Shown: positions 10,014 to 22,694 of the stretch, one piece after another
Layout: each line of letters starts with the position of its first letter
Numbering within the stretch: the first letter of the stretch is position 1
Source: Actinomycetota bacterium
GTDB taxonomy: Bacteria > Actinomycetota > Thermoleophilia > Gaiellales > Gaiellaceae
Assembly (NCBI GenBank): GCA_005888435.1
Contig: VAXO01000051.1
Location: 4,587 to 68,586 of the forward strand
Length of the DNA: 64,000 bases
Direction: 5' to 3'
Made by a program: the position numbers and the translations under genes
Notes under the pieces: model-generated
What the model saw: the letters and a program-made list of their open reading frames with translations, nothing else
Database searches by the model: none
Told to the model about the DNA's origin: nothing

Positions 10014-10633
10014 TGGCCCGAGATCGTTCCCCGAAGTGCAGGCAGTGCCGCCGCGAGGGCATGAAGCTCTTCCTCAAGGGCGAGCGCTGCCTGACGGAGA
10101 AGTGCGCGATCGAGCGCCGCTCGTATCCGCCGGGCGAGCATGGCCGTGGGCGCATCAAGCAGTCCGAGTACCTGCTGCAGCTGCGCGAGAAGCAGAAGGC
10201 GCGCCGCTACTACGGCCTGCTCGAGAAGCAGTTCCGCACGTACTACGCGAAGGCGACGAAGGCGACCGGCGTGACCGGTGAGGCGCTGTTGCGCATGCTC
10301 GAGACGCGTCTCGACAACGTCGTCTACCGGCTCGGGTTCGCGGCCTCGCGCGCGCAGGCACGCCAGCTCGTCCGCCACGGCCACTTCCAGGTCAACGGGC
10401 GTCGCGTGAACATCCCGAGTTACCAGGTCAAGCCGGACGACGTGATCACGATGGCGCCGAACTCCTCGGCGCAGCAGGTGATTCGTGACGCAACCGACCT
10501 GACCGCATCTGTCGCGCCGTGGCTGCAGGCCGACCACGACGGGCTGACCGGAAAGATCCTCAAATGGCCGGAGCGGTCGGAGATCGACACGCCGGTCCAG
10601 GAATCACTCATCGTCGAGCTCTACTCGAAGTAG
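10013..10633 (+). CDS. rpsD: 30S ribosomal protein S4 (N-terminal Cys4)
   Basis: [23 protein letters not shown]...YGLLEKQFR...[15 protein letters not shown]. Confidence 0.96.
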   Translation: MARDRSPKCRQCRREGMKLFLKGERCLTEKCAIERRSYPPGEHGRGRIKQSEYLLQLREKQKARRYYGLLEKQFRTYYAKATKATGVTGEALLRMLETRLDNVVYRLGFAASRAQARQLVRHGHFQVNGRRVNIPSYQVKPDDVITMAPNSSAQQVIRDATDLTASVAPWLQADHDGLTGKILKWPERSEIDTPVQESLIVELYSK

Positions 10634-10644
10634 AAAGGAACGCT

Positions 10645-11637
10645 TTGGCAACACGTACATCCTTGATGGAATTCCAGATCCCGAAGATCGTCCACGAGGA
10701 AGTGGACGAGCAGCGCGGGGTCTTCGAGATCGAGCCGCTCGACCGCGGCTTCGGTTACACGTTCGGGAACTCGCTGCGCCGCGTGCTGCTCTCGTCGCTC
10801 GAGGGCGCTGCGGTCACCTCGGTCAAGATCGAGGGCATCTCGCACGAGTTCACGACCCTCCAGGGCGTCCGCGAGGACGTCACGGACATCATCCTCAACC
10901 TCAAGAGCCTCGTCTGCTTGCTCCACGGCGACTCGCCTGAGATCGAGGTGCACGTCGCGAAGCGCGGCGCCGGAACGGTCAAGGCGTCCGACATCGAAGC
11001 TCCCGCCGAGCTCGAGATCCTGAACCCGGACCTCGAGATCGCACACCTCTCCGATAAGGGCAAGCTGGAGATGACGGTCACGATCGGCCGCGGCCGCGGG
11101 TACGTGCCGGCCGAGCTGAACCGCGGTCCGGAGCACACGATCGGCGTCATCCCGATCGACTCGATCTTCTCGCCGGTGCGCCGCGTGGCGTACGACGTCG
11201 AGGCCGCTCGTGTCGGTCAGCGCACCGACTACGACAAGCTGCGCCTTGACGTGACGACTGACGGCTCGCTGTCGCCGAAGGATGCGATCGCGCAGGCGTC
11301 GGAGATCCTGATCAAGCAGCTCGCCATCTTCACGGACCTCGATCGCATCGAGGGCTTCGGTGAGGCTGCCCAAGCCGACGGCGCCCCGGCGGAGATGCCG
11401 CTCGCACACGGGATGGAGAACTTCCCGATCGAGGAGCTCGAGCTGGGCGTGCGCTCGTACAACTGCCTCAAGCGCGTCGGCATCGAGACGATCGGCGACC
11501 TCGTCGTGAAGACCGAGGCCGAGCTGGCCGCGATCCCGAACTTCGGGAAGAAGTCGGTCGAGGAGGTCAAGGAGACCCTGTCCGCGCACGGCCTGACGCT
11601 GCGCGGCGACGAGAGCGGCAACGGGAGCTCGCTCTAG
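10645..11637 (+). CDS. rpoA: DNA-directed RNA polymerase subunit alpha
   Basis: [38 protein letters not shown]-terminal domain [25 protein letters not shown] at 10645 (AGGA 5 nt upstream) or ATG at 10666; the ORF-track start at 10519 is rejected. Confidence 0.93.
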   Translation: MATRTSLMEFQIPKIVHEEVDEQRGVFEIEPLDRGFGYTFGNSLRRVLLSSLEGAAVTSVKIEGISHEFTTLQGVREDVTDIILNLKSLVCLLHGDSPEIEVHVAKRGAGTVKASDIEAPAELEILNPDLEIAHLSDKGKLEMTVTIGRGRGYVPAELNRGPEHTIGVIPIDSIFSPVRRVAYDVEAARVGQRTDYDKLRLDVTTDGSLSPKDAIAQASEILIKQLAIFTDLDRIEGFGEAAQADGAPAEMPLAHGMENFPIEELELGVRSYNCLKRVGIETIGDLVVKTEAELAAIPNFGKKSVEEVKETLSAHGLTLRGDESGNGSSL

Positions 11638-11706
11638 GTGGCCCTACCGGCCGCACTTCGTGGCGCCGCGCCCGCGATCACGCTGCGCGATCCTGCGTCC
11701 TCAGTC

Positions 11707-11732
11707 GCACTCGGGCAACACAGCCCGAGTGC
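11707..11732 (+). promoter_or_regulatory. Perfect 10-bp hairpin in the 164-nt rpoA-rplQ spacer
   Basis: GCACTCGGGC-AACACA-GCCCGAGTGC read directly; no T-run follows. Confidence 0.5.
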
Positions 11733-11801
11733 TCCCTGCGTCCTTGTCTCGCCTGGTGCTCGCGACCGCGACATCCACGAGCGCGACCGGCAGGGCCACT
11801 G

Positions 11802-12191
11802 ATGCGCCACCGTCGCGCAGGCAAGAAGCTCGGGCGCGACTCGGCGCACCGCAAGGCGCTCTACTCGAATCTCGCCGGCGCGCTGATCGAGCACGGCCGG
11901 ATCAAGACCACCGAGGCCAAGGCCAAGGCGGTCAAGCCGTTCGCGGAGCAGATGATCACGCTCGGCAAGCGCGGTGACCTCCACGCCCGGAGGCTCGCGC
12001 TCGCCGAGCTGCGCTCCCAGGACGTCGTGCACCAGCTGTTCGCCGACGTGGCTCCGCGCTTCGCCGACCGTCCGGGCGGCTACACGCGGATCGTGAAGCT
12101 CGGCCCGCGCTACGGCGACGCCGCCGAGATGGTGTACCTGGAGCTCGTCGACTACGAGCCCGCCGGCATGGCATCCGCTGCGCCGGCGTAG
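11802..12191 (+). CDS. rplQ: 50S ribosomal protein L17
   Basis: [52 protein letters not shown]. Confidence 0.96.
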   Translation: MRHRRAGKKLGRDSAHRKALYSNLAGALIEHGRIKTTEAKAKAVKPFAEQMITLGKRGDLHARRLALAELRSQDVVHQLFADVAPRFADRPGGYTRIVKLGPRYGDAAEMVYLELVDYEPAGMASAAPA

Positions 12192-12200
12192 CCTGCTGAC

Positions 12201-12548
12201 ATGCTGCTGCTCGGCGGGATCCTGCTCGCCGTCTTCGTCGTGCCCTGGCCGTGGGGGATCTTCGCTGTCCTCGCCGGCGGGCTGCTGGACATCGGCGAGT
12301 CCGTTGCCTTTCTCAAATGGTCGCGGCGCCGCAAGTCGCCAGTCGGGGCGGAGGCGCTCGTCGGGCAGACGGCGGTCGTCGTGACGCCGACGCAGGTTCG
12401 CGTTGCCGGTGAGCTCTGGGAGGCTCGCTCGGACGACCCGTTGCGCGTCGGCAGCGGCGTCGAGGTGACGGCCGTCGACGGCCTCACCCTGAGAGTGAGG
12501 GACCTGCGCCACGTGGGCGCAGGTCCCGAGAATGTCAGCCGGTCGTGA
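12201..12548 (+). CDS. NfeD-like membrane protein (2 TM plus C-terminal OB domain), no adjacent SPFH partner
   Basis: Hydrophobic N-terminus, then GQTAVVVTPTQVRVAGELWEARSDDPLRVGSGVEVTAVDGLTLRV, typical of the NfeD C-terminal domain. Confidence 0.7.
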   Translation: MLLLGGILLAVFVVPWPWGIFAVLAGGLLDIGESVAFLKWSRRRKSPVGAEALVGQTAVVVTPTQVRVAGELWEARSDDPLRVGSGVEVTAVDGLTLRVRDLRHVGAGPENVSRS

Positions 12549-13623
12549 TCGTCCCGAAGAGCCCGTGCGACTCGTCGTCCGGGCCTGCGGTGAAGAACAA
12601 CGTGTCCGGGTTGCCGTTCGAGCCGGCGTTCCCGAACTCGAGCGCCCACAGGCCGTCGATCACGAGCTTTCCGCCTGTGGTGGAGTCCCGCAGCGTGCCG
12701 CGATGCTCGAAGCCGGAGGCAGTCTCCTCGTAGGCGTTGATCTGTCCGTCGCCGAAGTTGCCGACGAGCAGGTCGCCGGCAAAGCGATCGAACGAAGCGG
12801 GGGCCATTGCGAGCCCCCACGGAGCGTTGAGCTGACCGTGCTGCGCGACGCGCGCAAGCAGGTGGCCGCCGAGGTCGTAGGCGTCGACGAAGCCTCGACC
12901 CTCGCCGGCGACCTCGTCCGCCGCCTCGGCGTCTTGCTTCGCGTACGAGACGAAGAGACGCGAACCGATCGTCTGGATCCCGAACGGTGCGTATCCGCCG
13001 GGCAGCATCGGGTCGACGAACGAATCCGCCGGCGTGACGTTCTGCCAGGCCCCGTTGAACACGTCGACCCGCGCGTTGTGGAAGTCAGCCGCGTACAGCA
13101 GCGGATTCCCGGGTGTCGGCTGGGCGATCGCGAGTCCCTTGTAGATCGCGCCCGGCCCGCCGTGCGCGGTGACGAGTGCGGCCGTCGAACCTCCCCGCCA
13201 CGCCCGGATCATCCCGTCCTCGCTGGCGAAGATGAAATTGGCCGTCCCCAGCGCCGTCGGGGTGACGGTTGTTCCGACCTGGAACTGCCCCGGAATTCCA
13301 GCGAAGACCACGCCCGTCGGGCCGCCGTCGACTCCGACGACGAGCGGTTGGGGCTGGGGTTGGGGCACACCGGCGGCGTTGTACAGCGTCGAGAGATCCG
13401 TCCCATTGTCAGCGACCCACCAGGGGCTGGTGGCGCTGCGGGTGAGCCCCCAGGCGTTGACGAGGTGCGGATCGGTCACCGCCGCCGCTCCCGCAACGTC
13501 GGAGACGAGCGGTGTAACGGTGTACGTGCCGCCCGGTGGAGCGGCGGGCAAAGGCGCCGCGGCTGCGAGCGCCAGACTGGAAACCGTGGCTACGAGCGTG
13601 CTTCGCAGGATCCATCTGCGCAT
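12535..13623 (-). CDS. Secreted beta-propeller protein, TIGR03118-like
   Basis: Start moved to ATG 13623 (GGGGGATGAGG Shine-Dalgarno sequence; signal peptide MRRWILRSTLVATVSSLALAAAA). LVSDVAGAAAVTDPHLVNAWGL...SPWWVADNGT...LWALEFGN as remembered for this family. Confidence 0.65.
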   Translation of the reverse strand: MRRWILRSTLVATVSSLALAAAAPLPAAPPGGTYTVTPLVSDVAGAAAVTDPHLVNAWGLTRSATSPWWVADNGTDLSTLYNAAGVPQPQPQPLVVGVDGGPTGVVFAGIPGQFQVGTTVTPTALGTANFIFASEDGMIRAWRGGSTAALVTAHGGPGAIYKGLAIAQPTPGNPLLYAADFHNARVDVFNGAWQNVTPADSFVDPMLPGGYAPFGIQTIGSRLFVSYAKQDAEAADEVAGEGRGFVDAYDLGGHLLARVAQHGQLNAPWGLAMAPASFDRFAGDLLVGNFGDGQINAYEETASGFEHRGTLRDSTTGGKLVIDGLWALEFGNAGSNGNPDTLFFTAGPDDESHGLFGTITTG

Positions 13624-13775
13624 GACCTCATCCCCCTCGGTGTCGAGTGCCGAAAGAGGTCCATACGGAAGGAACAACGGGGCGGTTTCCTCGTGTACAA
13701 CCTTTCTGTGATCGCGGTCGTGGGAGCGGGACATCGCTCGAGCCGTGTCGGCGAGGGTCTGAGGTTCGTGGTCGA

Positions 13776-14654
13776 TTGATCGCAGCTCTCCTCGCCGCGG
13801 CTGCGATGTGGCAGAGCGATCCGCCGCTGCCGGTGCCGCGGTCGGAGGTCGCCGGCGCACAGTGGCGCGGCTACGTGGCCGTCGCCGGCGGCTTCCTCGC
13901 CGACGGCGAGTCGAGTGGGCGCGTCGACCTGTACAACTCGCGGGTCGAGCAGTGGGAGCGGTTGCCCGATCTCCCGATCGCCGTTAATCATGCGATGGCC
14001 GCGGCAGGTGGGGCTCGGCTGTACGTTCTCGGTGGCTACGGCCGGACCGGCGCGCGGCGTGACGTGTTCGTCTACGACGGGCCGCGCTGGCACCGGTTGC
14101 CTCCGATGCCGTTCCCCCGGGCAGCGGGCGGCGCGGCGTTCATCGACAACATCGTCTACGTCGTCGGCGGCATCGGACGTTCCGGCCTCGCACGCTCGAT
14201 GCTCGCCTACGACGTGCGCCGCAAACGTTGGCGGACGCTGCCGGCGCCGCGCCCGCTGCGCGAGCATCTCGGCGTGACTGCGCTACAGGGCCGCTTGTAC
14301 GTCGTCGGCGGCCGTGCGAATGGGCGGCAGTTCGCCACCGTGGAGCGCTGGCTACCTCGGCGCCACCGCTGGCTGCTGCTGCCGCCGCTGCCGGAGCCGC
14401 GCGGCGGGACGGCCGCCGGGTCCGCCTACGGCCTGGTCATCTCCGCCGGGGCCGAGTCGGCTGCGGGAACGAGCGCCGCGGTGTATGCGTACTCGCCGCG
14501 CTCGAATCGCTGGCGGCGGTTGCCAGACCTGCCGACACCGCGCCACGGTCTGGCCGTCGTCGGAGAAGGCGCGACCATCCACGTCGTCGGGGGCGGACCG
14601 CAGCCGGGCCTGTCGGTCAGTGCCGCGAACGAGTCGCTGCTTCTAACCGACTGA
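13776..14654 (+). CDS. Kelch-repeat (galactose-oxidase-like beta-propeller) protein
   Basis: Repeated LYVLGGY / VYVVGG / LYVVGG / IHVVGG blades with W..LP..P motifs. Start uncertain: TTG 13776, GTG 13647 or ATG 13806. Confidence 0.7.
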   Translation: MIAALLAAAAMWQSDPPLPVPRSEVAGAQWRGYVAVAGGFLADGESSGRVDLYNSRVEQWERLPDLPIAVNHAMAAAGGARLYVLGGYGRTGARRDVFVYDGPRWHRLPPMPFPRAAGGAAFIDNIVYVVGGIGRSGLARSMLAYDVRRKRWRTLPAPRPLREHLGVTALQGRLYVVGGRANGRQFATVERWLPRRHRWLLLPPLPEPRGGTAAGSAYGLVISAGAESAAGTSAAVYAYSPRSNRWRRLPDLPTPRHGLAVVGEGATIHVVGGGPQPGLSVSAANESLLLTD

Positions 14655-15119
14655 GCCGAGCGCTGCGCTGACAGCGGCGATGATGACCCCGCCGAGTGTC
14701 ACCGACGCGAGCGCGCGGACGAAGTTGACCTCGAAGAACCGCCAGCGGAGCCAGGCGAGGACGACCAGCTCGAGCGCGACGACGATGATCGCCGAAATAA
14801 TTGCCGCTCTGTAGTGCGGGATCAGGAACGGCAGCGTGTGCAGGATGCCGCCGACGAACGTGCCGACGCCGGTGATCGCACCGCGGGAAAGCGGGGCGCC
14901 GCGGCCCGTAAGCTCACCCGTATCCGAAAGTCCCTCCGAGAACCCCATCGAGATGCCGGCTCCGATCGCCGTCGCGACGCCGGCGATGAACGCATAGTGC
15001 GGCTTGTGCGTGATGATCGCGACGGAGAAGATCGGCGCCAGCGTCGACAGCGACCCGTCGATCAGACCGATCATCGCCGGTTGCACTCGCTGCAGAAGGA
15101 AGGCGTGTTGCTCGGTCAT
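14643..15119 (-). CDS. VIT1/CCC1-family (iron/manganese transporter-like) membrane protein, short form
   Basis: GLIDGSLSTLAPIF...AIGAGISMGFSEGLSD...GVGTFVGGILHTLPFLIP resembles the VIT family. Confidence 0.6.
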   Translation of the reverse strand: MTEQHAFLLQRVQPAMIGLIDGSLSTLAPIFSVAIITHKPHYAFIAGVATAIGAGISMGFSEGLSDTGELTGRGAPLSRGAITGVGTFVGGILHTLPFLIPHYRAAIISAIIVVALELVVLAWLRWRFFEVNFVRALASVTLGGVIIAAVSAALGSVG

Positions 15120-15197
15120 TCGTTAGAGTGTATCAAACCAGACGCAAGTTGATAGAGCATAAGGCACTCCTGACAAACACCGTCAGGGGAGCCTGAC

Positions 15198-15914
15198 ATG
15201 CGGCTGAAGCTAACCGTCGAGTACGACGGCAGCGGGTTCCGCGGCTGGGCGGCGCAGCCAGGGCTGCGCACCGTCGAGGCGGCTGTCCGCGCCGCGCTCG
15301 GCTCGGTGTTCGGGACGTTCGACAACCTCGCAGTCGCCGGCCGTACGGACACGGGCGTGCACGCGCTCGCCAATGTCGTCAGCGTCGACGTCGACGGCGG
15401 CCCGCCGGCGGAGCGTGCGGCCGAGGCGCTGAACACGGCGCTGCCCGAGGACGTTGTCGTGGTCGACGCGGAGCCGGTCCCGTCGGACTTCCACGCGCGC
15501 CACTCCGCGCGTTCGCGCAGCTACCGGTACCGCATCTGGCGCCGACGCGTGCCCTCGCCGTTCGAGCAACGGCGCTCGTGGTGGTACCCACGGCCACTCG
15601 ATGAAGAACGGTTGCATGACGCCGCCGACCTACTGATCGGCGAACACGACTTCCGCGCGTTCACTCCGAAGGAGACGCAGCACGAGGTCTTCAAGCGCAA
15701 CGTGCTGGGTGCGCAGTGGCATCGACGCGGCGATGCGCTCGAGTTCGAGATCGCTGCGAACAGCTTCCTCCGCCACATGGTGCGCACGCTCGTCGGGACG
15801 ATGCTCGAGCTGCCGCCTGAGCGGATCGCGAGCTTGCTGACCGGCGCGGCGCGCAGCGAGGCCGGCTCGACGGCGCCGCCATGGGGGCTGTACTTCGAAC
15901 GCGTCGACTACTGA
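15198..15914 (+). CDS. truA: tRNA pseudouridine(38-40) synthase TruA
   Basis: MRLKLTVEYDGSGFRGWAAQPG...VAGRTDTGVHALANV. Confidence 0.93.
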   Translation: MRLKLTVEYDGSGFRGWAAQPGLRTVEAAVRAALGSVFGTFDNLAVAGRTDTGVHALANVVSVDVDGGPPAERAAEALNTALPEDVVVVDAEPVPSDFHARHSARSRSYRYRIWRRRVPSPFEQRRSWWYPRPLDEERLHDAADLLIGEHDFRAFTPKETQHEVFKRNVLGAQWHRRGDALEFEIAANSFLRHMVRTLVGTMLELPPERIASLLTGAARSEAGSTAPPWGLYFERVDY

Positions 15915-16544
15915 GGGAGGCTCATGCCGCCGCAGCTTTCGAACTCCAGCCTCCGGACCATTGGCCAGTCGCGCGGAGGCGAACGTAACTGCTTCGATGC
16001 GACCTCGTATACGGCGGCCCGTGCAAAGCGTGTCGCCGACGCGTTGTAGAGCGTCAGCCGCTGATGCCACACACCCCGATGGTGCCACCGCAAGACAACG
16101 CCGACTCGGCCCCGCGCGACACAGTCGGCCTGTGACATCGCCGTTCCGGCCGATCCGTCCAGATCCCACACAAAAGGCGGGTCTGCGGGATCGTGAGGGC
16201 CGCCGGTCATCGCGACGATGCGTCCGCCTGAAAGCGTGAAGAGAACGAGGAAGTCGTTGGAGGCGCCGTGCCAGACGCGCACGAGGACCTCGAGGCCACG
16301 CCGCCGATTGAGCTGGCGCAGAGCGACGATGCGCGGCTCGCCCTGCGCCGAGGGTTTGTAGCCCGAGAACCCTCGAAACGGTCTTGCTGATCAGACGGTC
16401 GCGTGTATCGAGGCGAAGAACGAAGAAGCGCTTGTGTCTCGCGAGGGTCAGGGTGTCGGGGCGCCCGTCGCCGTCGACGTCGGCGCGCAGTCCGTGGGTC
16501 CCGGTCGTCCAGCCACCGGCGATCGCGGCGGCCGTGGCTAGCAT
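15908..16544 (-). pseudogene. Frameshifted gene for a DVDGDGRPD (FG-GAP/VCBS-like) protein
   Basis: Strong GC3 coding signal in one frame for 16544-16391 (MLATAAAIAGGWTTGTHGLRADVDGDGRPDTLTL...). The signal switches frame near 16360-16390 (..GFSGYKPSAQGEPRIVALRQL..VRVWHGASNDFLVLFTLSGGRIV..). An in-frame TGA at 16391-16393 blocks the downstream frame. Confidence 0.55.
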
Positions 16545-16551
16545 CAAGCCG

Positions 16552-20497
<3,946 letters not shown>

Positions 20498-20565
20498 GGC
20501 GGTTTCAAGAATAGGCCTACCTGCGGCGGAAGATAGTCCGGGCGGCCCATGTGCAACGGCCGTTC

Positions 20566-20603
20566 GAGGGCGAATACTTGTGCGGAACGGTCACAAGCCC
20601 CTC
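20566..20603 (+). promoter_or_regulatory. Palindrome/hairpin GAGGG..CTTGTG-N9-CACAAG..CCCTC upstream of ORF 20617
   Basis: Read directly. Shares GAA.ACTTGTGCGGA.CGG with two modules at 22695-22727 and 22791-22816. Confidence 0.45.
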
Positions 20604-20616
20604 TTGAAGGCCGAGA

Positions 20617-20931
20617 ATGATTCAGGACGACATCCGCACCCTTCTTGCGGCGCCTCCGAGCGGCGAGGACGCGCCGACCCTCGACTACATCGAGCACACC
20701 CTCACCGAGGGCTACGCCCGGGCGCTCGCGCTCGAAGCCGAGCGCTGGCGGTTCGAGCGGCAGATCGCCGAGGTCGCGACGCGGCTCGGGAACGAGATCA
20801 CCGACGAGGACGCATCCGAGCTCGCGCGCCTGGGGCGGTGCCTGTCCGCGGCCGACGGCGACCTGAATAGGCTCCGGACGCTGCTCGTCGCGCTGCGCAC
20901 GCGCGCCAACGAGGCCCGAACCGCCGCCTAG
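20617..20931 (+). CDS. Hypothetical helical protein (104 aa)
   Basis: ORF track; GAAGG Shine-Dalgarno sequence 6 nt upstream; high GC3. No family recognised. Confidence 0.6.
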   Translation: MIQDDIRTLLAAPPSGEDAPTLDYIEHTLTEGYARALALEAERWRFERQIAEVATRLGNEITDEDASELARLGRCLSAADGDLNRLRTLLVALRTRANEARTAA

Positions 20932-20937
20932 CTCTGT

Positions 20938-21615
20938 CTAGACGATCCCGCTGCGGACGGCGTAGACCGCCGCCTGGATGCGGTTGTCGATCTGCAGCTT
21001 CATCAGGATGTTCGAGATGTGGTTCTTGACCGTTTTCGGGCTGATGTGCAGCTCGGCGGCGATCAGCGCGTTGTCCTTCCCGTTCGCGATCAGCTTCAGC
21101 ACCTCGATCTCGCGCTCGGAGAGCTCGGCTCGGATCGTGGACTCGATCTCGGGCTGACGGTTCGAGGCTCGCACGCGCTGCAGCACCTTCGACGCGATCG
21201 TGGGCGAGATCAGCGACTCGCCGAGCGAGGCCGCGCGGATACCGGCGATCAGCTCCTGGATCGAGGAGTCCTTGAGCAGGTAGCCGCACGCGCCGGCGAG
21301 GATCGCGTCGATCACGTCGTTGTCCTGATCCGAGATCGTCAGCATGAGGACGCGCGTGAGCGGTGCGATCGTGGAGATGTGGCGAGTGGCCTCCACCCCG
21401 CCCATTCCCGGCATGTTCAGGTCCATCACGACGACGTCCGGGGCGAGCTCGCGCACGATCTTGAGCGCCTCCTGCCCGGCTGCCGCCTCGCCGACGATCT
21501 GCACGCCCTCCTCCTCGAGCAGGTTCCGCAACCCGCTCCTGAACAGGTCATGGTCGTCCACGATCAGGACGCGGACGTCTTCCAACGCTTGCTGGTCGAT
21601 GCTCATGCTGCTCAT
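20938..21615 (-). CDS. LuxR/NarL-family response regulator (no cognate kinase in window)
   Basis: Start at ATG 21615. VLIVDDHDLFRSGL...VVVMDLNMPGMGG. C-terminal HTH LSEREIEVLKLIANGKDNALIAAELHISPKTVKNHISNILMKL. Confidence 0.9.
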   Translation of the reverse strand: MSSMSIDQQALEDVRVLIVDDHDLFRSGLRNLLEEEGVQIVGEAAAGQEALKIVRELAPDVVVMDLNMPGMGGVEATRHISTIAPLTRVLMLTISDQDNDVIDAILAGACGYLLKDSSIQELIAGIRAASLGESLISPTIASKVLQRVRASNRQPEIESTIRAELSEREIEVLKLIANGKDNALIAAELHISPKTVKNHISNILMKLQIDNRIQAAVYAVRSGIV

Positions 21616-21619
21616 GGGG

Positions 21620-22627
21620 CTAGTGCAGCGAAATGGTAACGGTGCGGCGACCCCACGCAAGGGCATCGGCAAGGGTGGGGAACCAGAGGTCGATCGTGTA
21701 GCCGCTCACCGCGCTCCCGGTGTCGGCGGCGACGCCCTCGCCGTAGCCGGGGATGGTCATGCGCGTCCCCAGCGGAATCACCGCCGGGTCGACGGCGACG
21801 ACGCCGAAGCCGACCGGAAGCCCGGTCGACGTGTGGCCCGGGAGGGAGTAGCCCGTGGCGGTGACGGTGACCGTCCCCGGGGTGGCGCTCGCGGGCGCGG
21901 GAGCGGGAGCGGCGGCCCCGGTCCTCTGCGACTGGATCGCCGCGGCCTTCTGGACGACGCGGCGTGCATGCGTGTCGAGCGTGGCGAGCTGGCGCTTCGT
22001 GAGGCGACGCTGGCGCGCGAGCGAGGCGAGGTACTCCACGCGCGCCGCCCGGGCGCTCTCGAGCGAGGCGGCGGTTGCCCGCGCACGCGCCTCGAGCTCT
22101 TCCGCCTGACGGGTCTGCACGGCAAGCGTGCTCGCGAGCTCCGTGAGCTTCGCGTGCCCCTCACGGGTGTCGCTGACGGCAGCCTCGCTCTGGCGCGCGC
22201 TCTGTTCCAGGTCGTTGAGCCGAGTGACGGCATCGTCGAGGGAGCCGGAGCCGAGCAGGATTGCGATCGCGTTCGGTTCCCCTTCCTCGTACAGCGTCCG
22301 CAGGTGCGCGCCGAGCAGATCCTGCGACACGCGCAAGTTGTGCCCGATGACCTTCAGCTGCACGTGCGCCTGGTGCCGCTCGGCTCGCAGCGCCAGGACG
22401 CGCTGGTGAACGCGTGCGAGCTCGCCGCGCGTCTGGGCGAGGCGAGAGTCGAGCGCGTAGAGGCCGAGGAGAGCGCTGTGAGACCTCGTTGCAAGGGTGC
22501 GCTGGTGCTGCTTCAGCGCTGCCTTGTCCTGAGCTCCCGCGAGGGACGCGCTGAGCAGGATTGCTGCAAAGAGCGCGAACCCGAACGCGAGGCGGCTCTC
22601 CCGTCCACCACGCACGGGGCGGGACAT
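21620..22627 (-). CDS. Secreted coiled-coil protein with C-terminal 3D (MltA/RpfB-type) domain
   Basis: Start at ATG 22627 with signal peptide. The long coiled coil contains LLGSGSLDDAVTRL. C-terminus: TATGYSLPGHTSTG..VAVDPAVIPLGTRM.IPGYG.GVAADTGSAVSGYTIDLWF. Confidence 0.8.
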   Translation of the reverse strand: MSRPVRGGRESRLAFGFALFAAILLSASLAGAQDKAALKQHQRTLATRSHSALLGLYALDSRLAQTRGELARVHQRVLALRAERHQAHVQLKVIGHNLRVSQDLLGAHLRTLYEEGEPNAIAILLGSGSLDDAVTRLNDLEQSARQSEAAVSDTREGHAKLTELASTLAVQTRQAEELEARARATAASLESARAARVEYLASLARQRRLTKRQLATLDTHARRVVQKAAAIQSQRTGAAAPAPAPASATPGTVTVTATGYSLPGHTSTGLPVGFGVVAVDPAVIPLGTRMTIPGYGEGVAADTGSAVSGYTIDLWFPTLADALAWGRRTVTISLH

Positions 22628-22694
22628 TACCAACGAATCGGCATGTGTCCCTGAGCACAAATACGAACGTTTTGCCGATCTTTCGGCCTGGAAA

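Noticed and set aside
10519-10644. Upstream extension of rpoA (ORF-track start 10519).
   Set aside because: It overlaps the 3' end of rpsD in another frame and adds non-homologous residues. The ribosome-binding site and homology support 10645 or 10666.
15120-15197. Mn2+ (yybP-ykoY) riboswitch upstream of the VIT-family transporter.
   Set aside because: Only 78 nt are available before truA. The single CCTGAC/GTCAGG hairpin does not resemble the four-helix motif as I remember it.
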